A stretch of DNA of 64,000 bases. It comes from a virus (Duplodnaviria > Caudoviricetes). Below the pieces are notes generated by a model. The model searched no databases. It saw only the letters and a program-made list of their open reading frames with translations, and was not told where the DNA came from. The stretch lies in the IMG/VR virus record IMGVR_UViG_3300028864_000017; one strand, given 5' to 3'. Of this stretch, positions 57,386 through 64,000 are shown in pieces (position 1 is the stretch's first letter; every line of letters begins with the position of its first letter). The translations under genes and the position numbers were made by a program.

Positions 57386-57467
57386 AAAATACTTATTTTT
57401 TACTATATATAAAATTTTACATTTTATATTTATTTTTCAATATATATATTTAATATATAGTTGATAT

Positions 57468-57851
57468 ATGATTACTAAATTTAAATTATTCGAACAGAAA
57501 GAACAAGATTGGAAATTAATTTTAGATATTTCCAAAATTTGGAATGATTCATTGTATGAAAATTCTAATGAATTAGTGAAATTTAATGAAAATTATATTA
57601 ATTTTTTAAATAATCAAAAAGAACTAATAATTAAACAAACATCACAAAATTCTTGGGTTAAATTACAAGAGTTGATAGATAGAATGCTTAAAAATAAAGA
57701 TAAAATAGAAGAAAGTACATCTATTTGGGATGATATTTATGATTGGGGTGATAGTAATATGGTTGAGATTAAAACTGGTACAGAAACCTCATCAGAAAAT
57801 TCTGAAAATGTAGAATTACCTTCTAATACAGAAATAAAACCAGATTTTTAA
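57468..57851 (+). CDS. hypothetical protein, N-terminal tag
   Basis: MITKFKLFE. Confidence 0.8.
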   Translation: MITKFKLFEQKEQDWKLILDISKIWNDSLYENSNELVKFNENYINFLNNQKELIIKQTSQNSWVKLQELIDRMLKNKDKIEESTSIWDDIYDWGDSNMVEIKTGTETSSENSENVELPSNTEIKPDF

Positions 57852-57853
57852 TT

Positions 57854-58138
57854 ATGATATATTTAAAATATTTTGAGAGTAAAAATAGTATATGGACAGC
57901 TATCAATTCTGATTATGAAGATGACGAATATATTTATTTTGATGCATGGGAAACAAACAATGATGATGATGATGGAGAAGTTATTGCAAAAATAGATATC
58001 AATACAGAAAAAATCATTTATCTTGATGATAGAGCAAAAACAGATAGTTATGCACAAGAGGAAATAAGAAACATTATTGATACATATTTCACACCAGAAA
58101 AAAGACTTGAAATTAGTGTAAAAAAATATAATTTATAA
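57854..58138 (+). CDS. hypothetical protein, terminal-tag family
   Basis: MIYLKYFE...KKYNL. Confidence 0.8.
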   Translation: MIYLKYFESKNSIWTAINSDYEDDEYIYFDAWETNNDDDDGEVIAKIDINTEKIIYLDDRAKTDSYAQEEIRNIIDTYFTPEKRLEISVKKYNL

Positions 58139-58140
58139 AA

Positions 58141-58482
58141 ATGATAACAAAATTTAAAATATTTGAACAAGGAGGATTTGATTTAGGCGATACTGTTTTA
58201 ATTATGTATAAAGTACCTAAAACTGATAAAAGAGAAGTTGTACCAGTTAAAATTGTAACAGAAGATGGTATTCATCAACAATTTTCATTTGATGTTCCTA
58301 ATAATCCATTTCCTCATCAAAGACCTATTCCATTTGATAATAATATGGTAATAAATAAAACTGATTCAATAAAAGAACCATATAAACCAGCATGGACTCA
58401 GGAACAGCCTTGTAGCACTGATTATTCACCTGCTGCTAATCCTAACCAGGTTACTAATGATTTTGTTTTACCTAATTCTTAA
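58141..58482 (+). CDS. hypothetical protein, N-terminal tag
   Basis: MITKFKIFE. Confidence 0.8.
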   Translation: MITKFKIFEQGGFDLGDTVLIMYKVPKTDKREVVPVKIVTEDGIHQQFSFDVPNNPFPHQRPIPFDNNMVINKTDSIKEPYKPAWTQEQPCSTDYSPAANPNQVTNDFVLPNS

Positions 58483-58502
58483 ATTAAATTAAATTATATA
58501 AT

Positions 58503-58817
58503 ATGATAACGAAATTTAAATTATATGAATCTAAATTAAATACTCTTTTGTTGTGTGTTGAAGAACCATCTGCTGGTTATTATCGTGAATACACGAAAGG
58601 AAAAAAGTATAATATTTATAATTCTAATCTTGGAATAAGAATAAAAGACAATAATGGTAATTATGATAGATTAAAAGGAGTTGGTGATGACGATTATTGG
58701 AAATCTGAAGAACACAATAAAGTTTTTATATATAACTACGCAGGCGGTATTTTCACAACAGATGATTCAATTGAGGATTATAAATTCAGAGAAAATACAA
58801 AAAAATACAATCTTTAA
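58503..58817 (+). CDS. hypothetical protein, terminal-tag family
   Basis: MITKFKLYE...KKYNL. Confidence 0.8.
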   Translation: MITKFKLYESKLNTLLLCVEEPSAGYYREYTKGKKYNIYNSNLGIRIKDNNGNYDRLKGVGDDDYWKSEEHNKVFIYNYAGGIFTTDDSIEDYKFRENTKKYNL

Positions 58818-58822
58818 TAAAG

Positions 58823-59248
58823 ATGATAACAAAATTTGAAAAATTATACGAAAAAATAGATTTGAGTGACATAAAAATTGATGTAAAAAATAAAAATAAA
58901 GAACTTATTGAATCATTAACTCAAGAACTTTCTATAATATCATATAGAAGAAAAAATAGTCCTAAACCAATAAGATTAACTGAAATTAGTGGATATTTTA
59001 ATAAATCTGATTTTAAAAATAATAATTTAATATATAAAACATATTTAAATCTAATCTTATCTAATGGTGATAAAATAAAAAGTAGTTTATCTACTTATAA
59101 GGATGATAATGAAAATAATATCAATATAAAAATAAATGAAAAACAAATTTATGATATTGATAATAAAAAATTTGATAATAATTCTTTGATTGATAAAATA
59201 ATAACGAAATATAAAGAATATTTATTGGGAAATTTAAAATTAAGATGA
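58823..59248 (+). CDS. hypothetical protein, N-terminal tag
   Basis: MITKFEKLYE. Confidence 0.78.
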   Translation: MITKFEKLYEKIDLSDIKIDVKNKNKELIESLTQELSIISYRRKNSPKPIRLTEISGYFNKSDFKNNNLIYKTYLNLILSNGDKIKSSLSTYKDDNENNINIKINEKQIYDIDNKKFDNNSLIDKIITKYKEYLLGNLKLR

Positions 59249-59562
59249 AATATTTAAAAACATACGAGACCGCATATAACGTTAATAATTTATTTGGCGA
59301 TTGGACTATTGATAAACTATTAGTCTTTGAAAACGAAAAAACATATATTGAAAAATGTTTATGTAATTTTTTAACAATGAAAAATATTGATGTAATTTAT
59401 GTTTCTGATTTTGATATTAGCAATAATAGAATTCATGTAAATTATCACACTCCAAAGTTGGGTGAAACATTTTATAAAATTAAGGGTGATGAATATTCAA
59501 AATTTATATTATATTTAAATAACCCTGATGCATATAAAGATATGATAAAATTCAACATATAA
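59245..59562 (+). CDS. hypothetical protein, terminal-tag family
   Basis: MKYLKTYE...IKFNI. Confidence 0.8.
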   Translation: MKYLKTYETAYNVNNLFGDWTIDKLLVFENEKTYIEKCLCNFLTMKNIDVIYVSDFDISNNRIHVNYHTPKLGETFYKIKGDEYSKFILYLNNPDAYKDMIKFNI

Positions 59563-59577
59563 AAAATAAAAATAAAA

Positions 59578-59913
59578 ATGAAAAAAATCACAAAATACAC
59601 AGATTATGGTATTAATGAATCAACAATTGAAGTTGAGACAACAGAAGAAGGAGTATATGTATTAACATTACATGATATTCATAATATAGTTAATAACTTC
59701 ACTGATGAAGAAGTAACAGAAGAAGATATAATAGAAGAATTATCAGATTATACATTCGTTAAAGTTGATGATCCTGAACTTGAAGTAGTTGAAGATGAAA
59801 CAATTGATACAACAGAAGAAGAAATTGAGGATGATGAATTAGCATCAACTGGAGATATTACAGGTTTGAAAGCTGATGAAGATCCAACATTGATAAAAAA
59901 ATTCGAAGAATAA
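59578..59913 (+). CDS. highly acidic protein
   Basis: about 30% Asp/Glu; ends IKKFEE. Confidence 0.75.
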   Translation: MKKITKYTDYGINESTIEVETTEEGVYVLTLHDIHNIVNNFTDEEVTEEDIIEELSDYTFVKVDDPELEVVEDETIDTTEEEIEDDELASTGDITGLKADEDPTLIKKFEE

Positions 59914-60167
59914 TGAAAAAATTCACACACATAGATGAAGATTTAATGAAAGAAAATCTTGAAGTAAATAATAAATTTGAACTTGGATATGATTTTTCTA
60001 TTAGTAGATTAGAAATAGTTAAGTCTGCATTAAATAATATGGCAAAGGAACAAATTAAGAATTCAGGCGATTATGGTTATGTTGGAGATATCAATCATGT
60101 AAATGAAAGTTTGAATGAGATATTAGAATTTTTAGTTAAATATCAAAACAAATATTCAGCTATTTAA
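59913..60167 (+). CDS. hypothetical protein
   Basis: ORF track. Confidence 0.7.
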   Translation: MKKFTHIDEDLMKENLEVNNKFELGYDFSISRLEIVKSALNNMAKEQIKNSGDYGYVGDINHVNESLNEILEFLVKYQNKYSAI

Positions 60168-60182
60168 TAAAAATAAATATAT

Positions 60183-60584
60183 ATGATGCCTGATATAACA
60201 ACAAAATTTGATGATTTTAAATCTAAAAAATTAAAAACATTTGATAAAAATCAAGAATATGATACTTTGTCAGATGATATTATTGCGATGTCTAAATTAG
60301 ATAATGGAGAATATGAAAAAGTAACAGGACCTGTTAAAATAATACAAATTACTGGTGTAATTACAGATGAAGATGAAATTAAAAAATTGGATGAGATCGC
60401 TGGAGGACCTGTGTTGAATACAGATTTGAGTTTAAAACAAGTTAAAAGAGGACAATTGATATGGCTAACTTGCTTACTTCAAAAATCATCATCTTCAGTG
60501 TATAGTTCACAAACTATGGGTACAATTTCTGCAAGAATCGTAGATATTTGGTATGGTTTATCTAAACTAAGTACAATGAAATAA
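60183..60584 (+). CDS. hypothetical protein
   Basis: ORF track. Confidence 0.75.
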   Translation: MMPDITTKFDDFKSKKLKTFDKNQEYDTLSDDIIAMSKLDNGEYEKVTGPVKIIQITGVITDEDEIKKLDEIAGGPVLNTDLSLKQVKRGQLIWLTCLLQKSSSSVYSSQTMGTISARIVDIWYGLSKLSTMK

Positions 60585-60599
60585 AAATAAACTAATATT

Positions 60600-60842
60600 T
60601 TGCCAGCAAAATCTAAATCCCAGCAGAGACTTTTTGGTATGGTTCATGCCTATCAAAAAGGAGAATTAACAGATGTATCGCCTACAATTAAAAAAATATC
60701 AAAACACATCAGTAATAAAGATGCGAATGATTTAGCCTCAACAAAACATAAAGGATTACCTAAACGTGTTAAAAAAAGTAAAAAGGAATCATTGATTTGT
60801 AAGTTTGAGAATTTTGTTAATGAAAAATATAAAAATAATTAA
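60600..60842 (+). CDS. DUF3008-like basic protein (TTG start)
   Basis: PAKSKSQQR...ASTKHKGLP pattern. Confidence 0.7.
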   Translation: MPAKSKSQQRLFGMVHAYQKGELTDVSPTIKKISKHISNKDANDLASTKHKGLPKRVKKSKKESLICKFENFVNEKYKNN

Positions 60843-60847
60843 TATAA

Positions 60848-61138
60848 ATGAAGCATTTAAAAATATATGAACATGAATATAAATCAGTCAATTTAAGTGA
60901 TGTAATTGGTAGTGGAAATATGTCAGCTACATATCATGTAAATAAAAGTAAAGGATTATTCCCATATGTAAAAGAAAAAGGAATATTTAGAATTATTGAT
61001 ATTGATAATAAAGAATCTATTCCTAGAAATGCAGTTTGGTTTAAACCAGAGAAAGCTGATAAATATAACGAAGTTGCAGTTAAGATTATGAAATTAGAAG
61101 AAGAACAAGAAAATATATTAAATGAAAATGACATCTAA
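60848..61138 (+). CDS. hypothetical protein, N-terminal tag
   Basis: MKHLKIYE. Confidence 0.75.
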   Translation: MKHLKIYEHEYKSVNLSDVIGSGNMSATYHVNKSKGLFPYVKEKGIFRIIDIDNKESIPRNAVWFKPEKADKYNEVAVKIMKLEEEQENILNENDI

Positions 61139-61154
61139 TCAGATGTCATTTTCA

Positions 61155-61709
61155 TTATTGATTTTCATAATTTAGATAATTATATGTAGATAAAACTTTA
61201 TTTATTCTATTTGAATTTTTTGATTTATTGAAACACTCATTTGCAAATATTCCATCTGCCTCATAAATATTTAATTTCCACCTAGTGTCTTCTATTATAT
61301 CATATTTTAATAAAAAATTGTGAGAATCTATATTTCCAACTTGAACTGTATTACTATAAATTCTAATCGTTCCGTCCCGTTTTTCTTGAATAAAATATAT
61401 AAAATCATTATTTAAATTTTTTACATTTTCCCAGAAATCTGGATGAATTATTGTATCATCATCATTGAAATATATATAATCTTCTTTTATTAAATCTAAT
61501 GCAAAATTTCTTTGTGAATTTCCAACTATGCTTATTGGATTTTTATGAAGATAAACTTCACAATTACTTGGTATTAATTTACTATTTGGTAATTCTTCAC
61601 TATCAAAAACTACTATCCATCTGTAATTTTCTTTTGGTATATTTATACTTTTTGATATTGTAATTAAATTCTCTGGTCTGCTGCAAGGAGTTATTATATT
61701 TATTTTCAT
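61155..61709 (-). CDS. glycosyltransferase family 2-like
   Basis: IITPCSRPENL, QRNFAL, YFNDDD, EADG. Confidence 0.82.
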   Translation of the reverse strand: MKINIITPCSRPENLITISKSINIPKENYRWIVVFDSEELPNSKLIPSNCEVYLHKNPISIVGNSQRNFALDLIKEDYIYFNDDDTIIHPDFWENVKNLNNDFIYFIQEKRDGTIRIYSNTVQVGNIDSHNFLLKYDIIEDTRWKLNIYEADGIFANECFNKSKNSNRINKVLSTYNYLNYENQ

Positions 61710-61716
61710 ACTATTT

Positions 61717-62748
61717 TTATAATTTGTTTAGAATATTATTCCACTCTTTATATACTCTATCTTTTTTTTCTTTATTGTGTTCTTCCATTTTTTCTGATAT
61801 TTCATTAAAATTCAATTGATTCAATTTATAATTCAAATCATCAAAAGACGAATAATAATTTACATGTTTCATATCATCATTATAAAAATCTGAATATTCT
61901 ATTAATTTGTTTAATAAATTTGAATTATTAATATTATTTGGATCTATATTTTGAATTTTTAATGTATTATTTTTTGAATTTTTTAATATTTGAGTGTATG
62001 ATATTTCACTAAAGCAAGATTTATTTTTATATAATTCTGTTAATAATTTTTTATCTGGAAATAATAGTGGTATATTTGAATTGTATTGTTCAAATATTGA
62101 CATAGTTGATACATTATATGGAATATGAATTATACTTTTATGATTAGATAAATCACTCCAATTATATTTACCCATATCATCTTTGTCTATTATATTATCA
62201 TTTTTAATTTTTATTAATCTAGAGTATAAAATAGATGGATTATTATTTTCAATGTACTTAGAATTCGTATATTCGCAAAGGCTTGGAATATAATCAAATT
62301 TCTTATTTAAAAATCTCTCACAATACCATTTATCATATAAATTGTTTGATATTGTAATTATGTTATTATTATTGTTTATATAATCATTGAACCATTTCCA
62401 TCTTATTTCATCATTTGTAAAAGGATATTCATATCTAGTGCTAGCTACAAAAATTATTGGTTTATTGAATTTCTCATACAATAGAGAAAGCATAGGAATA
62501 TGAGTAACAATGAATCCATCATATTTTTCTAATTCTTTCCTATGAGTTGTATAAAATTTATCGCATATTTCTGGTGTAATATTTTTCCAATTTGATTGAT
62601 TGACAACGTAATTGTTATTTGGTGATTTGTTAAATACCCAAGAATGATTTGATAAATAATTTATATTTATTTCATGTCCTAAATCATTAAATATTTGTTT
62701 AATATCTGCTATTACTGATATATGTAAGTCTAAATTAAAAAAATTCAT
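61717..62748 (-). CDS. glycosyltransferase-like protein (GT-B-like)
   Basis: HIPYNVSTMSIFEQY...IPLLFP; within the GT cluster. Confidence 0.55.
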   Translation of the reverse strand: MNFFNLDLHISVIADIKQIFNDLGHEININYLSNHSWVFNKSPNNNYVVNQSNWKNITPEICDKFYTTHRKELEKYDGFIVTHIPMLSLLYEKFNKPIIFVASTRYEYPFTNDEIRWKWFNDYINNNNNIITISNNLYDKWYCERFLNKKFDYIPSLCEYTNSKYIENNNPSILYSRLIKIKNDNIIDKDDMGKYNWSDLSNHKSIIHIPYNVSTMSIFEQYNSNIPLLFPDKKLLTELYKNKSCFSEISYTQILKNSKNNTLKIQNIDPNNINNSNLLNKLIEYSDFYNDDMKHVNYYSSFDDLNYKLNQLNFNEISEKMEEHNKEKKDRVYKEWNNILNKL

Positions 62749-62751
62749 TTT

Positions 62752-63471
62752 TTATATTTTTTTATATTTTTTATATATCTCATTCATTTCAATTGGTTTA
62801 ATATAATGATACGATAATGGTGAATTTAATCTATTTATATCATTATCATTTAAAAAACAATAATTGTTACTTTTAATATATTTACTTGGATTCTGAGAGA
62901 ACATACCTGATATATGAATTGAGTCTATATTAAAATATAACTTGATCATATAAGCTATTGCGATATCTGCTATTGCATATGGCACTGGTAATTTATTAGA
63001 ATCAGATAAATTTTTCCAAGTATCATTAAATTCTAAAATTTTTGGATATATTTTTCTCATTAATGAATTACTAATAAAAAATCCACCTCCACCTGCTACA
63101 GCCAATATGTTTGTATTATTGACTATTAAGTGATTATTTGATTGCCCTAAAAATAAATCTTCATCTCTGTTAAATTTATTTAATTCTTCTATGATATTAT
63201 TTTTATATAAAATAGTATCACAGCCAACCATACAGTACCAATCAAGTTCATCATTTTTTTCGTAAATATACTTTAATCCTAATTGTTGTTTAAGAAAGCA
63301 ACTATTGTAATCTTCTCCAACATTTTTTAATCTTATTAAATTATCATCTTCAGAATCACCTCCAAATAAAAAAATATTATCAAAATCTAATACCCATGTA
63401 TTTTTACATGCCATATATCTATCTTTTAAATTTATGGAAGTCATTATACCTATTCCTAATTTATCAATCAT
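62752..63471 (-). CDS. Fringe/galactosyltransferase (GT31)-like protein
   Basis: CKNTW, WYCMVGCDT, AGGGGFFIS, D...A..I, SYHY. Confidence 0.7.
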   Translation of the reverse strand: MIDKLGIGIMTSINLKDRYMACKNTWVLDFDNIFLFGGDSEDDNLIRLKNVGEDYNSCFLKQQLGLKYIYEKNDELDWYCMVGCDTILYKNNIIEELNKFNRDEDLFLGQSNNHLIVNNTNILAVAGGGGFFISNSLMRKIYPKILEFNDTWKNLSDSNKLPVPYAIADIAIAYMIKLYFNIDSIHISGMFSQNPSKYIKSNNYCFLNDNDINRLNSPLSYHYIKPIEMNEIYKKYKKI

Positions 63472-64000
63472 ATTTTAATTTTAATTTTTTGTTAATTATA
63501 TTATCTAAAATATCAAATTTTGAATTTTTTTCTATTGTACTTTCCCATCTATTGTGCCAATGCCATGTAAAACTACCATCATATAATTCTTCACTATATT
63601 TATATATTTCAAATCCATTTATTGGTATAGATAATTGCCATTCTGGATTAAAAAATGATGCTGGAAAAACTATTAAATTGTTATTATATTTAGCGACAGA
63701 ACAATACACTTCTGATGCCCAACATAATGATCCTATTAAAGGTTCTTTGTTTATTATTTCTTTTATCATTTGTATTGATAATTCACTATTCTTAAATAAT
63801 CTCATCACAGCTCCATTTAAATATGAGCAAGCTTTATAATTCTCCCATTTATATACAAATTCATATTTTAATAATGGACTCATATCTCTTAAAAATAAAA
63901 TATCGAAATCACAATATAATCCTCCGTATTTATTTAAAATTAGTAATCTAAAAAAATCACTTTCTAATGCAGGGTTTAATTCATGATTTTTTATTTTTGA
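63464..64000 (-). CDS. DXD-motif glycosyltransferase (GT32/alpha-1,4-GT-like), 5' end outside window
   Basis: frame continues upstream of 63883: SDFFRLLILNKYGGLYCDFD; C-terminal WHWHN. Confidence 0.85.
   Translation of the reverse strand, partial: SKIKNHELNPALESDFFRLLILNKYGGLYCDFDILFLRDMSPLLKYEFVYKWENYKACSYLNGAVMRLFKNSELSIQMIKEIINKEPLIGSLCWASEVYCSVAKYNNNLIVFPASFFNPEWQLSIPINGFEIYKYSEELYDGSFTWHWHNRWESTIEKNSKFDILDNIINKKLKLKYD

Noticed and set aside
746-63839. Many opposite-strand or alternate-frame ORFs in the track (e.g. 746..949, 5822..6019, 12969..13247, 18207..18449, 27382..27642, 44548..44799, 53774..54973 group, 63396..63839)
   Set aside because: They overlap well-supported genes, have antisense-like composition and lack leaders; they are shadows of AT-rich or repeat coding sequence.
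1-64000. Alternative genetic code (stop-codon reassignment)
   Set aside because: Long conserved genes (TerL, PepF, PncB, primase) are uninterrupted in code 11, and no suppressor tRNA is present in this window.

Overview
This is a 64-kb, very AT-rich, gene-dense segment of a T4-like (myovirus) jumbo phage. The host is most likely a Bacteroidota: about 12 TAnnTTTG -7 promoter elements (several with TTTG 19-20 nt upstream), A-rich leaders, and Bacteroidota-style IF-3 and histone-H1-like genes. Replication genes: C-terminal half of a split family-B DNA polymerase, gp61-like primase, probable sliding clamp, three DNA methyltransferases and two exonucleases. Virion genes: large terminase, gp25- and gp6-like baseplate wedge proteins, and two Thr-rich fibre-like proteins, one ending in a Hint domain. 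Host-like genes: PepF, IF-3, SmpB, PncA+PncB, a CYTH protein and MgsA. There are five glycosyltransferase-like genes, an 11-tRNA array and two tRNA-like RNAs. Top finding: the tRNA array (Lys x3, Phe x2, Trp, Ser x3, His x2) is preceded by a host-type promoter, a 35-codon leader ORF and an intrinsic terminator with a competing antiterminator. In the leader core, 17 of 19 codons are Ser/Lys/His/Phe/Trp, exactly the amino acids of the downstream tRNAs. This looks like a ribosome-stalling attenuator that switches on replacement tRNAs when those host tRNAs are depleted. All calls come from reading motifs by eye; no database searches or folding programs were run.
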